DNA of 64,000 nucleotides from Plasmodiophora brassicae (Eukaryota): NCBI GenBank assembly GCA_036867785.1, contig CP145425.1, positions 372,001 to 436,000 of the forward strand, read 5' to 3'. Shown piece by piece: positions 34,637 to 47,990 of this stretch (position 1 is its first letter; each line of letters starts with the position of its first letter). The notes under the pieces were generated by a model. It saw only the letters and a program-made list of their open reading frames with translations, ran no database searches and was not told where the DNA came from. The position numbers and the translations under genes were made by a program.

Positions 34637-37600
34637 TTATTGCGTTTCCTGATGCATGAGGACATTGGTGTCGCAGAGGGCGTACTTCAGGACGTCGGTG
34701 CCGACGTCCTGCCAATGGGTCTCGACCATGTGGTGCAACGCGGGCGACGGGAACGGCTCCGTCAGCAGGCTCTGGAAGATCGCGCCCCAGATGTCGAACG
34801 CGTATGATCTGTTAGCGCGCGCGATCAGTGCGACCGTGCCTGGGTATCCGTCGGGTCGTACATAGACTTACTCAGGCAGCGCCCTCTCGATCTGTCGCAG
34901 AATCGGCTGAAAGTCGCCAGCACGAGCGGGCGTTAGGTCCAGGTCGGATCCGAACAGGATCTGATGAATCGTGGACGCAGCGCCGATCGAGTCGATCTGT
35001 GCGAACACACGGGCAGCGTCAGTAGAGGTATGGCACCATCTGCAAGGCCAAGCCGGCCTGCCTCGTTTCTCCACGTTGCACCCGCGACAGGATAGGTCGA
35101 GCTTTGAAATCGGGTGTCCGAGCTGTACACCGACAGGTCGATGGCACGACAGAAGTCGATCAGGGAAATGGTATGGCATTCGTCACCAAGGACCAAATGT
35201 CTAGGCTGTCGTGGAACGAATAGATCAGTACTGATACGTGCAGGCCGCGCGCCACTCCAGGTACCTGAATGGCACGATGAAGGATGTTGGCATTCGCAAG
35301 TCTGGAAACAGTCAACCCATTGTCAGGCAAAGAGCGGCGATCATGCCGCCGCTGTCACTGACATCTGAAGTATAGCGAGGATTTGTTGCGAGTACAGCAG
35401 TGCGATCGGTTCGGGGCAGACGGTGCCTCTGGATTTGTGGCGATCGAGAAGCGCCTGAACGGTGCCGAGATCGTCTCGCAGCTCGGAAACGACCAGAGCC
35501 AGGTCCTCGAACGCATAAGACCGAAGAGCGGGCGTCAAACTTGTCACTGGACGACAACGAGTTAGCAAACCCGTGGCGACAGGGCACAAGCAAAGGTCCA
35601 GACGTGAAGTGGGACTGAGCCGCTCAGCCAGCCTCGCGGCAATGTGCGACTCCCACACTGAAGTGGGCCGAACAATTTTCAGGACAAGGGATTTGTCAGT
35701 CGAAAGGTCCTAATCGGCTAGTAAGGCACTGGCGAGTCCCGCGTAGAAAACGTCGTCCGCACCTGGGCTTCGTAAATGTTGTTGCGAATCTTGCTCATCA
35801 CCAGAAGGTCTGCATCGTCGAGTTCTGCAACAGACGGCTGAGAAACTAGTTCCAGCGAAAGCGGGCAGGTAATGCATACCGATCGTGCAATCCTCGTCGA
35901 TGTCGCGTATCTCGTCTGGTGCCCCAACTGACGAGTGATCGATAACCCCCGGGATCTTCACCTGACAGTGGACCAGAGGTGAGCGCGATATCCACAAAGT
36001 AACAGGCCGACTTGCCGACTTACCTTGGAAGGATCGATGGCTCGACGTGATACTTCAGAAGGCGAATCCGGATCAATGACGGCGGCTCCACTGGAATCAG
36101 GGAGCGACCCAACGGGCAACGTCGTGGTTGGGTCGTGATAGATTTCGAACTGCTCGTCTCCCTCGTTCGTGTTGCCGACAGGGCATGCGGGGTCGTCACT
36201 GCCTGCTTCATCATCCGCACCGCAGCCTTCGACAAACATCGAGCGAACGTCATGGAGAGCGTTGCGGGTGTCGACCGTCATTGTGGCCGTCGGCGACGGG
36301 GGAGGCAATGCGTCACGACGCACGATTAGTGTCGACTTCTTCTCAGCCGGCTTCGCCAGAAACGTCTGTATCGATGGCACGTCAGCCGTGATGGCACCAG
36401 GGGTCATCATGAACTGAAGTCGACGAGGGTTCGCTGATGCCGGCGACTGTGATCAACCACAACGTCAACTGAGTGGATGCACAACGAATCGGTGCGTCTC
36501 TTACGTCAACCGCAGGAAGTTTGGGCGTCTTCAGGCCAGGTCCCTGAAGCGACAGCATTTGACTGTAATTTACAGTCATGGGAGGTTCGTCCGAATCCTG
36601 ATGTTGCACCGGCTTCTGGAGTTGCTGCTGTCGCTGCTGCTGCTGCTGCTGCTGTCGCAGGGCTTTTTCGCGAGTTGCCATATCGCGAGCTCGAACTTCC
36701 TCGAAACTGAGAGCGTCGGGAGCCCCAGTAACCGGATCACGAAGCATGTCAACGTTGTACCGCCTGTCGTACTCGGATGTCGTATCAACGACGGCCGGCG
36801 GCTGGATTTGCGCCTCGTGAACGCGTCGAAGAGGATCGGTTTGTATGCGTTCGAAGATGGTTGCACCGTGCGCACGCTGCTGCAGATTGTCATTCGAGGA
36901 TGGACGGCCGACCTTGGGCTGCTCGAGAGCCTCATCGACAAAGACCTGGATGCTGGGTTCCGCTGACGGTACTGCCGGTTTCGCTGGTGGCCCGCGCCGA
37001 AGCGGTGCATTCCAGGTCGCGGGAGCGAGCACGTTCTCCTTGTTGGTCTCGGATCGAGCGAGACCCATGGTGCCAGGACCAGGTGGACATAATCGATTGC
37101 GATCAACAGGGTTGTTGTTCTCGTCGACGAAGACATTGACTGCCGGGGCATCTGACCCGCACGTCGCCGTGCCCGCGTTCGAAGGCAGTGGCTGGGGTGC
37201 AATTCCTTTGCGGTGGGATCGGACGTCGGCCTTGCGTTCAAGCTGAGACAGCGCATCTCGTGATGTGGCAGTCGGGCCACTGTTGACCTCGTGGGCACGT
37301 CGCCGCGAACGAAGCAGCTCACGTTCTTGCGTCAACTTATCCACAGGATGGGCGCCGGCATTGAGCCCGGATTCAAGAATGTCCTCGGCGCCCTGGTAAT
37401 CACCCTTCGTCTCGCGGACGTGCGCCCAGGCCTGGTAGAAGAGGGCGTGGCCCTGACCGATCGACTTGGAACGCAGGAACTGGAACAGGTCCTCAACGCC
37501 TTCGTGACAGTTGTGCGCGACTGGCCAGCAAGGTGGTCAGACAGCGGAAGGTATTTGGAGACAGCGGGCGACACGACCGCACAGGTAATCCACAGGCGAA

Positions 37601-38031
37601 GGTACTTCTTCGACTCTCGGTAGGTGGGGTCGTCTTTGAACGCCATGCAGCATCTTTCCAGCAGGACCTATACAGATGGGCAAGTTAGCAGTGCCATCCG
37701 CATGAACGCAGACATACGGTTAGGTGGGAACGGTCTCCGCCCGACACGAATGCCTCTTCCGTCCACTTGATATACCGGCACCAGACTGAATTCGCACACG
37801 GCTCAGCACGCTGGCGATGTGCGACTGAATCGGCCAGGCGAACCGACCGGATAGCGGGTCGGGGCCATTGTACGCGCGGATCTCCTGCTCGAACTGCAGC
37901 GCGGTCGGGTGCGCGCTGGCGTGGCCGGCCGACGCTCCCGCCGACGCGTTGGTCAGGGCCGCCCGGCCTCGACCCTGCGGCAGCGGCTTGATGTTCTCCT
38001 TGGACGGCTCGATATCCTCGCAGTACTGCAT
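34637..38031 (-). CDS. BUB1: Spindle checkpoint protein BUB1/BubR1 (MadBub-type), multi-exon
   Basis: SKENIKPLPQGR KEN box, DPL...YIKW TPR domain, second NKEN, GLEBS SFEEVRAR, C-terminal kinase-like LIDFCRAIDL. Confidence 0.85.
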
Positions 38032-38235
38032 CTCCCGCTGCCCGCTGCCGCTGTGGCGTGGTGTCGCGGCCGGGTATAGGGGACCCCCTCCCGCCCGCAC
38101 CCCAAAAATGACCAGCCGCTGGGCGCGGGATAGATGACCGGATGACGCGTGGACCCGCTGCAAAAACATTCCTGAACCGATCATCGGCAGTGCCCATGAA
38201 GAATACTCTGTTGCTGCTGACCCAGCGGGCGCCAG

Positions 38236-38760
38236 TTAGCATTGCTCCTCGACGATCGCGGTCGGATCCACACATCTTGAACACATCCGCCAGTGAACGG
38301 TTGCGTAATTCAACCAAGACGTGATCGTTGAGGAGTGCAGTGATATCGGAAGCGGCACGCTCTTGGCAAGGATCACGAAGCCGCCGCTTGAACATCCCAA
38401 AGGAACCTCAATCGGATTATGAAACGGGCAACACGCGGGCAGAAATATCGGCATCTTGCGCAGAGATAAGTGATAACTCATGATGATGTCGATCGGATGA
38501 CAATGAATTCGAGCTCCGTCCATGATCCAGACAGACATACGACCAGGATACGTGCGTACGTAAGAATGGTGCAGAGCGAACTGGCGACAGTGCCTTGCGG
38601 TCGAACGTCCCTTCTGTAGAGAAAACGTCTTCCAAACCGAGAACACTTGCGAATGCAAGCACCTATTGCTTCAATGCAAGGTGTATTCAATCCAGACACC
38701 GTTTTATTGAGGGCCAGCCATCCGATGACGAGGCACGAACCCGTACGCCTTGCTCGAACG
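38236..38760 (-). pseudogene. IS630/Tc1-mariner DDE_3 transposase remnant
   Basis: FSTEGTFDR, SVWIMDGARIH, IFLPACCPFHNPIE in broken frames. Confidence 0.7.
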
Positions 38761-38962
38761 TATCGTATTTCGATTTCGCCGTCACATGCATCTGGATAAC
38801 TTGGTCGTGCATCGTCAAGCCGGGTGGGCGTACGCTCCTGCCATGTAATATACGAGACGACAAGCCCAGCAACTGCGGCCGCCCATCGAGACGTCCAGTT
38901 GCTCTGCCTAGCAAATACGAGGACCGAATCGCAACGCCCGGTTTTCGAAGGTACACAGAACG

Positions 38963-40483
38963 TCACTGTCCTAGCAAGGTCGCCGGCGACAGATCCGGCG
39001 CTGGAACCGAGCAGACGAATTGCTGTGCGTACTCGGGGCGGTTGCATTGCTGACACGCAGCAACGAACGCGCTGACGACACCGGCATCCGGTGGTGACCC
39101 ACAGGAAGTACAGTAGTGAGCAATCCGCTCGAGAGCATCGAACTGCGATGCTCGCCCGCAGGCACCGACAAGGCTGGCGAGCACCGTGGGCGGGACGCTC
39201 ATCGACCGTTTGACCATGTGGTCGAACACATGCATTGCGTCGGGGACGCAATTGGACCTCGCTAGCAGGCAGAGAGCGTTCACGGCGGCCTCCCGCGTCA
39301 ACGCCAGCCCGGTCCGCTTGAGCGACCGAAACACGGCAGCCGCTTCCGGAAGCATATCGTTCGCCTGGTACGCCGTCATCATGGCGTCAAACGTGGACGC
39401 ATCCGGGTCCCGAACGCCACGAAACACGCCTTCAGAAACGCTGGGCCGACGGCACCGACCGTACGCGACAATGAAGGCATTGGCGATCAGCTTGTTCTCC
39501 AGCCGTGACGTCTGGGCAGCGACCCGATGGAGCGCGTCCAGCGACTCGAGGGCCTGGCCGCCACCGCACGCTGCGACAAGAGCGACGAACGCGGGGGCCA
39601 CCAGGGGTACACGTCGTTGTTGCTGCTGCTGCTGCATCGCGTCGAACAACGACATCGCCTGCTCAACGCGTCCCGCATTGGCGAACGCCGAGATGCACAT
39701 CGCGAGCGCGGTCGCCGAAGGCGGCACCGACCTCGACGCCATGACGTCGAGGCAGCCGAGCGCCGAGTCGAACCGGTCCTGAGCGAGCAGCGCCCGCACG
39801 AGGTCCTCGTACAGCGAATCGACGCGGTACGCGTCGACACGACCGGACCGCACGAGGTCGACGAGGCGCTCGGCCGTGTCGGCGGCCAGCGCGGTTCGCG
39901 ATTCGGCACAGCTGGCCGCGAACGTGCAGACGAGCGTCTCGCACAGGCGGGCGTTGCTGTCGACGGCGTCGGCCACGAGCGGCAGGGCGGCGTCGGGGCG
40001 ATTCGACGCGCGGCAGATGCTGACAACCGCGCTGATGACTTCGTCGGTCTTCGGGCCACACTCGCGGTACAGGTCCAGCGCGTCCTGCAGCATGGGCGGC
40101 CTGGCGCGTTTGCAGGCGCCGAGGAACGCGCAGAACAGGGAGTCGTCCTGGCGAACGGGGACGCGTCGGCGCAGGGCGGCGCGTAGTACGTCGGGCGCCT
40201 TGCAGGGCATGTGCCGCTGGCAGAACAGCAGCATGATCTGGAAGAAGGGCAGGCGGGGCCTCAGGCGGGAATCGACGACATGGCGGAACACGTCCCAGCC
40301 CTGGCTCGGCGCGGGCGTCGCCTCCAGGAAGCGGACGGCGGCCGGCACCGACGGCCACCGCCTGTATTCCGTCAGCAGTCGGAACGCCTTCACGTGGCGG
40401 CTCGCCAGACTGTTGCTGGCCGCGCGTCCCCTTGACGGCCCGCGGCCAGGACGATGGATCCGGTGCGGCACACAGAACCGCAT
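38963..40483 (-). CDS. Pentatricopeptide repeat (PPR) protein
   Basis: Repeated 35-aa helical motifs (ISAFANAGRVEQAMSLFDAM, FIVAYGRC, FDAMMTAY...EAAAVFRSL). Confidence 0.85.
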   Translation of the reverse strand: MRFCVPHRIHRPGRGPSRGRAASNSLASRHVKAFRLLTEYRRWPSVPAAVRFLEATPAPSQGWDVFRHVVDSRLRPRLPFFQIMLLFCQRHMPCKAPDVLRAALRRRVPVRQDDSLFCAFLGACKRARPPMLQDALDLYRECGPKTDEVISAVVSICRASNRPDAALPLVADAVDSNARLCETLVCTFAASCAESRTALAADTAERLVDLVRSGRVDAYRVDSLYEDLVRALLAQDRFDSALGCLDVMASRSVPPSATALAMCISAFANAGRVEQAMSLFDAMQQQQQQRRVPLVAPAFVALVAACGGGQALESLDALHRVAAQTSRLENKLIANAFIVAYGRCRRPSVSEGVFRGVRDPDASTFDAMMTAYQANDMLPEAAAVFRSLKRTGLALTREAAVNALCLLARSNCVPDAMHVFDHMVKRSMSVPPTVLASLVGACGRASQFDALERIAHYCTSCGSPPDAGVVSAFVAACQQCNRPEYAQQFVCSVPAPDLSPATLLGQ

Positions 40484-40864
40484 CGTCCGCTGACTGCGCG
40501 GTCCAGCCGCCTCCGACGCACGTCTTCAAGTTCAACCACGTGCAATGCGGCACGCACCTGCCGGCGACGTCCAGTAACACACGCGCACCGCGACGTAAAC
40601 CGGGAGCGTTGCTGCCCCACGCCCCCACCGGCGAATTTGAGGTTCGATATTACGGACCGCGCGTGCAGTCGCGCAAGCTGAAGGTGCGCAACTGGCGACA
40701 CTGCGAAGCGGCGAACCGCGGAACACGGCGGCCAGCAGCAGACCCGACTGCCGGGAGTTTCAGCAGAATCCCGGGTCGGATCTGAGGAGAACTGCGGGTC
40801 CCGCGGCGGGGTTGGCTTGGCATTTTCAGGACACGGCGTTCCGGCCGGCCGCGCCTCCGTCGCC

Positions 40865-41734
40865 ATGGTGAAGCTGTTCGAGCACACGCACACGTACAAG
40901 TAAGCCGGCAGACGGGGCACGCCGGGGTGGGCCGGCCAGGCAACGATTGACGTGTTGACGGGCGATGCGCGCAGGCACCCGTGGTCGACGGTGTCGAAGG
41001 CGTTCTGGCACAAGTACCCGAACCCGTCATACCCGCACGTCCAGGAGATCGACACGTTCCGCCGGTCGTTCGACGCCGAAACGGGCGATCTCGTATCCTG
41101 CCGGTTGATTACGGCCACGACGAATTTCCCATCGTTCCTGCACGCCGTAACGACCGGAACCACACTACGATCGCCTGTTGCTGACCCGACCTGCAGATTG
41201 GGGCACCCAAATCGGCGTTCGGCATCGAGCAATCAATAGCGAACGCTAGGGAACAGAAGCTCGTCTTGAAATCACGAAACTTAACCGGGTTCGGTGCGTC
41301 TGCTATCGTGTGTAGCGGCCAGTCTAAACCGCGGTGCGTTTAGGGCCGACTTTCTGGTCGTCGAGGAGGTGTGCACGTATGAGGCGCATCCCGACAACCC
41401 GGACTGGACGATCTATAAGCAGAAGGCGACGATCAAGGGCACCGCACCACTGTTCTCGTCGTCGTTCGAATCGCATGGGCTGTCCCGCCTGCAGCAGCAG
41501 GCGAAGGACGGCCTGCTGGTCATGGAGAAGCTCTGCGAGGATTTCGCACACGAAGCCATCAACGAGATTGAGATGCTCGTCAACGATGTCGAAACCGGGT
41601 TCTCCGGCGCGTTCCACTCCCTGTTCTCCACGAAGACGGAGCGGCAGGACAAGTCGACAAGTACGGACGAAACTCCCGGGGTGAGTCCGATATCGAGTCG
41701 TCTGTCGGCAACGCTGACCACCAGTGCACGATAG
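40865..41734 (+). CDS. PRELI/MSF1 (Ups/SLMO) lipid-transfer protein
   Basis: MVKLFEHTHTYK|HPWSTVS.AFW.KYPNP..PHV..ID; VEEVCTY..HPDNPDWT. Confidence 0.9.
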
Positions 41735-41798
41735 GAATGTGGATCGTGCTGCAACGATCCTGATAAATAGCCATCGTTCAGTGGGAGTGCCGCCTGTT

Positions 41799-43942
41799 CT
41801 ACTCCATGACGTGTTTGAGCGCCTCGGCAGTGCCAATGGCAATGGCGGTCCCGGGGACGGTCTTGACGATCGCGGCGCCTAGGCCTCGGTACAGGAACGT
41901 GACGCCCTCGCCGCGCGCGCTGATCAATGGGTTAACGGCTACCGACCACGCCGACGGCATCGGGCCCTTGTTGGCGACGTGCGCCTGCATCCGCCGACCG
42001 ACAACCCGGAACGGGAACGTCACCACCGTCGACAGCAACGCGGCCGCCACCGTCCCCGTCACCATGCCGTAATCCTGCCGCACCTCTGGGTACACGGCCG
42101 CGCTCGTCGCCACGAACGCGGTCGTGCCCTGCCCATGCGCGGTCAGACCTGGGCCCGGGCCAGCGCTGCCTCGTCGAATGCTACAATGGCGTGGGGTCCG
42201 ATGCCCCGGTACAGGCCCGGCAGGCCGTGCCGCCAGACCGCACGCCCCAGGACGTCCCGGATCGTGTCGTACGACGTCGACGACGACCTGGACACCGCCA
42301 GGCAGGTCTGCGCGACGTCTAACGGGTACAGGGCCAGGCCCGCGGCCAATGTCGCCGCCAGACCCGTCCACAGGTCCCGCGAGGTCACCGATGTCGGCGT
42401 GCACAGGAAGTGCACCGCCGTGTAGGGCACCAGACGGCCTGTGCACAGAGACGATCAGCGACGCGACGGGCATGGGCGCGCCGCAGCACAGCCGTACATA
42501 GGTTGGCGGGGTGCCCTCGCCACAGGGCGCGGAACCCCTCCGCTTCAAACAGCACCAACAACGGGAACGGGCGCCCGCTGACCTGCCGAATCGCCTGCAG
42601 GCGCTCCAGCGGCGCCACCACCGTCCTGGCGATACCGACGCCTACCACACCGTGCTAGATCATCAGTGCTGCCGGGACGACGGGCGGCGTCCCATGTGTT
42701 GTTGTTACCTAGCAGGCCCGACGCCAGGCTGGGTATCAGCTCCTTCGTGCCGGTCGCCGTACTCGGCGCGAACACGTCCAGGTCGACGGATTCAAACGAG
42801 GGACGGATACACGTCGTCCAGTGCGTTGTCAGCGCCGACGCGTCGCCGTTCACCGTTGCCCTGGTGGCGGCGTCCGGCCGCGGCCTGACGTGACCGTATC
42901 GCGTCGCCGACGAGAACCATACCCAGAAGCCGGGCAACGCGGAGTCGGACGCCCAGGCGCCCGTCACCGCCATCGGCAACAGCCATCGCGGCAGTGGGAC
43001 GACGTCGGGCTGGGCGGTGGCCATCGCCGGCGTCAGCGACGGCGCCCGGCTGGCCTTGATCGCGGTGGCGCGCTGTTCCAACCAGGCGACCAGCGGCGCG
43101 ATCGTGCTCTCGGGAGCGACGTTGACTTCGACGCTGGGTAGCGCCGACGACGGGCGCGTCTCCTCCCAGGCGATCAGGCTCACGACGAACGCGAGGTTCA
43201 CGAGCGGGTGCCCTCTGGCAATGTCATCCGCCCCGATCAGGACGTTAACGCCCAGCGAACGTGCCATGGCGATGACGGCGTCGCCGCCACGAACGATCGG
43301 CTGGCGGGCCCCGAGCTGTGTCAGGACGGCCATGTAGGCGCGCCCATCGGCCAAGTCGTCGTGCAGGTTGGCGACGAGCGGCGCGCCTGCCAGCGCCAGC
43401 TTCTCGTTGAACCAGCGCAGGGCGAGGTCGCCGGTGACGTCGTGGTCGTGTCCCAGCGTGCGATGGGCGCGCTCCAGGAGCTGCCGGTCGAGCAGCTGCC
43501 AGAGCAGGCCGATGACGAGCTGTAGGTGGTGGCGGGCGTCGACCAGGTCGTTCTCGCCGACGTTGATGACGATGTAGCCGAGGCGCCGGGCAGCGTCCAG
43601 GTACAGGCGCTGGTTGGCGGCCATCTCGAAGCGGTTCCTAGCCGGGCACTTGATGCGGACGGACGGGATCGCGTCCGGGTGCACACTGTTCATGAACGCG
43701 CAGTGCAGGACGCCGTCGGCGACCCGCTCCGGGAAGTCATTGTCGTCGTCGACGTTGATCGGCAGGTGGGAACGCGCTAGCGCATCGCCCTGGAGCTCGT
43801 GGTTCAGGTGCCGCGACAGGGCACGGGCCTCGCTCAGCAGCGCCTTGGACGACTGTTCCGCGCGACGCTTGTCGACGCTGTCCACGACTTTCGCCGACTT
43901 GTCGTCCCCATCCGCCACCTTGTCGTCGTGGCCCGCCTCCAT
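41799..43942 (-). CDS. Plastin/fimbrin-like calponin-homology pair fused to a mitochondrial carrier domain
   Basis: CH motifs VADGVLHCAFMN, LVIGLLWQL, LRWFN..L, DLADGRAY; carrier motifs APLERLQ, LWRG, YPLDVAQ, GLYRG, FPFRVV, LYRG. Confidence 0.75.
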
Positions 43943-43998
43943 AGATACCGCCCGCCTTGTACCGTTTCGATCGTAAACCGATACTCCCGGGGCCCAGA

Positions 43999-45240
43999 AT
44001 GGATCCGGGACGCTGTGCGCTGAGCGACGTCCCGATCGTGCTGTCGAGGTGGCCGGTGCACAGGAAGGAGCTGCTGGGCCGCGTCGTGTCCGAGTACAAC
44101 GCGGGGCGGGCTGGTGATGAATCGGACGCGATTGTCGCTCTATCGGCCATCTGTGCCAAGTCGCACATCGGGGAACCGTTCATCCAGGACGTCCTTCAGC
44201 TTCCAGGTGATCATGACGTCAGTTGTCGCGGCCGCTTCCTAACCCGTTGCCGTAGATGTCGTACTACGGCAGGCGTCAGCGCGTATGTCGCCGTATGCGC
44301 GATCAGTATTGCTGTACGCGATCGTGTCCAGTGGTGATCGACAGGAACTAGCAGAGGAGATTCGTCAGCACGGAATGAAGGCGTGTCTGGAGATTGTGGA
44401 GGGGATCGATCAAGACGTCTGCTGGGATATTCGATCCGATGTGCCCTGGGCGTGCCAGGTCGCCGACCTTCCACATGACGTTGTCCGGAAGGTGATGACG
44501 ACCGTGGCCGAGGCATGCGTTAGCGGACGATTGTGGGAGATTGGCGTTCGTGACCTCATTTGGCGCTGTAACCCCTGTCTGATCAACCGCATCAGTGTCT
44601 GGGACATTCGCGGGTCCAGGTCCGACTGACATTGGACGAATCCAGGCACTGGCATTGATCATTACCTTGTTAGGCAGATTGTCCGCGCGTGTAACGTGCT
44701 GCGACCTCCACCCAGCGAACTTCGGGCAGCTCTTGGTGTCCAGGTTCCCACAGACGTTGGCACAAGCGCCGAACGTACCCCCGCGAGCCTGTTCCGCAAT
44801 GCGAGGCGCCAGTATACAGGTGCATGTTACACAACCGCGTCCTGTGCGCGCCTGTTAACGTACGTTACCCTGGCCCAGGTGTGAATGCTGACCGATTTGC
44901 ACATCTGCTACCCGGCGTACTGCGAACGTCAAAGTTGCAGTGGAACCCGATAGACCATCTTCATATTGCCGGGGATATCGTGCGGATGCTGGATTCCTGT
45001 GACGACGACGGCGCCTGTCAGCAGGTCGTGCAGGCCCTGTGCCAGAATCGAGCCTTCCTGTGTTGGGAGGCATTTGAGGTGATGTTCGAGTCGACGAACA
45101 GGTAATGCTGTCGCTAATTTGACGCCTTGTTGTCACGAGCGTTGCAGGGCCCATCGAGATGCGGCTCAACGCCGATCACAAAGGTTTCTGATGCCGTTGT
45201 TCCAGAATGAGGATGGACGTCCTGTGTGATAGTGGCTGAC
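43999..45240 (+). CDS. Hypothetical multi-exon protein
   Basis: ATG at 43999 and successive GT-AG-bounded open segments; no recognisable motif; 3' end uncertain. Confidence 0.4.
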
Positions 45241-45262
45241 CAGTTGGGTTGTACTGAGGTAC

Positions 45263-47874
45263 TTATAGATGGGCAAGTAGATGCTCTAATACGAAATGTT
45301 GATAATACAGTGTCGACGATGGTTGACGAAGCCCGTGTCGTTCATCAGGGAATAGCTTCAGGATGTATGGCTTGCCGGCGGTGATGAGCGCTTTCAGCAG
45401 GTGCGCCGTATGGACAAAGTGGACATTCTCGTCAAGTAGGCCTGAAGGAGCATAAGAAGCGTGGCTGTAAACGCGCCGTTACTGTACCGTGTGCGATGAC
45501 AAGCCGATTGGGTTCATCGGGGAAATGGCTGACATACTTCTCTACGCGGCTCGTCGCGTATGCCGTGCGATCGGCGCCCGGAACACCCAGATACCTTTCC
45601 GTATAGCCTGCAAATCGAAAGACCTGATGTCAGCGGATCCCGATATTACGTGCAATTGTTTCGCCCTGACCGGAATCGTATTTATCCCAGGAGGTCACGG
45701 GTGCGCCGGCAATACAAATCTGACAACCGATCCTGGTGAGGTGTGGCCCAGACGTCAAAGGTTTACAATGCGCATGTACCTTGAACACGTCAGGATATTG
45801 CGCTATGCACATTAGCGAATTGTATCCGCCGTACGACCACCCTAAAGCACACGTTCAGCAGCAGCATGCGCAGCATCGGATAACTCCACAAACCAGTGAT
45901 GGCAACTCTGAGCTTGTCGACGTTGAATCTGTCCACCATCCAACGGACCAGATCGACTTGGTCTAGAACTTCTTGCGTTCCCATAGCATATTTCAACGAC
46001 CCCTCGAAACTCGCTCCCCGGTTTGCCGATCCCCTCCCGTCGCACATCGCAACGATAAACCCGTGCTCAACAAGGGATCGGACCTTTGAGTCCACGGTTA
46101 ATCCCCACGTATTCCTGATCACCCGTCAGCAGGAAGTTGTACACGTGTGCCCCGTCGAAATGCATACCAAACCAGCTGGACGCCTGGGCCTCCATAGGTG
46201 ATGACAACAAGTGGATGACGGGAATCACCAGCGACAGACCTTGGCATGAAGACGGCAGCCTGCAACTCCACGTCGTCGCGACTACGGAACGTCAATAGCT
46301 CCGGGAAAGCTATGTCACCCAGCGAGATCCTAGCATCTGGAGTGGTATGCGGATAGTCGACGACCTGTCTCTTCGTTGATACAGGTCTTCCAGAGTCATA
46401 TGAAATGTCGTAAAGCCACGTCTGGTGTCGTTCTTTCGTGGACGACAAGACGGTAACAAATACGTTGAGCTCGACGAATACTACAGGATCGTGAGTCCAT
46501 CCGAGTGGAGTGTGTCGAACAATGTCGCCGCCGAACAGGCTGACACTGTACAAATGTCGTTCGAGATGAGTGTCACGGTTGGCAGTGAACCACACGACGT
46601 GCCGCTGCTCGTCAACCCAAATTCGATCATCGTAGACTTGCCATTGCCCAGAAGCCGTTGTGACTGGTGTCAAGATGTCATCCTTGAGGCGCACCAGCTG
46701 TTTGAAACCCGTGCCGATATCGGCAGCCAAAATGACGGAACCATCTTTCAGAAAGTTACAGACGTTGCCAATGGTCAACCATGTAGGAGAATCTTGAGAA
46801 AACAGTAGACGACCAGGAGACGCCAGACTGTGTAACGAATAGACAAGCAACTGCGAGTGCTGTTGGCTTCGGTCGAGAACCCGCAGGTAGAACTGTCCTG
46901 GTGTAGATGTCCACCCAGCACGAACAATGTACTCGAACTGAACCGCGGGAGAGTGCGGATGCAATGCATGGTGTAATCCATTAGCATCCGCCGTGATCTC
47001 CATGACCCGGACGGTGGATATGGCATTCGGCTCTCCAGGATGAGGATAGACAAACTTCGACGATGACAGGAGATTCATCCCAAGAAGATCGACCGAAGGG
47101 ACCTGGTCAGACAGCCTGATTGGACCACACAGAGCATTGCAACGCATTCGTGAGGTACTAGTGGACCTACTTCGGATTCGTTTACCTCCAGGTACAGGAT
47201 GTGATAAACACTCCCGTTCGTCACGTTCGGGCTCCACCAGTAACCTGTATACCGATCAAACTCCTGAAACGATATCAGTACGACAGGCGTCAAAACGATT
47301 CCAGCAGCACAATCACTTCTTGCATGATGAATTCAGCGACACCAGACGATACAGATCCGGATGTGAACGTCAGCTGGGTTTCAGTGCCGGTGTCCACCTG
47401 CATGACCCAGATGTTATTGTTTCGGATGAATGCAAGCAGGCGCGCATCGGGCGAAAGTTGACAATCCATACAGGCGCCCGATGGCGCAAGTTTGGACCAT
47501 GACCAAGGCACGGGGGCCACTGCTGCGTTCCGGCAGATCGCCAGCGATCCCGGCATCGGGACTATGATGGCGTCTCTGCCTGTGTTGAACGACGTCACGC
47601 CGGTAGCCATCATTCTCTTCCGTTCACGAAGCAGCTCCTCCTCCGTCGTCATCGACGACGAATCCTGCGACGTGACCATAAATGCCTCCCGCCATCGGCC
47701 GCCATCGACCACGAACAACTGCTGCGTCGTGCCCGCGCCGCCAGGCGCCAGGCTCACGATCCGGGTGCCGACCGCGGCGAACCCGTGCGGCACAACCCCG
47801 ACCCGCTCCTCCAGGCACCGCTTGACCGCCGCCCGCCGCTTCGCCACGCCATCATCACCCAGCCCTGATGACAT
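45263..47874 (-). CDS. Dipeptidyl peptidase 8/9-like (S9B)
   Basis: LRERKRM, SGVAEFIMQE|EFDRYTGYWW, YGGPGVQLV, DGRGSANRG, spliced GWSYGG, DENVHF, FPDERHG. Confidence 0.92.
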
Positions 47875-47990
47875 CAAACCCAAAATGACGCCGTTTTGAG
47901 CTGCACCTGCACGACGAGTGGGTCCCTCGCGACAGTCTGCAGACCCTGAGACGATGTAGGGTAGGGACGGACGACGTCGTCTACGATTCC

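Noticed and set aside
6807-38031. NDC80 and BUB1 as a kinetochore gene cluster
   Set aside because: About 26 kb apart with unrelated genes between; likely chance
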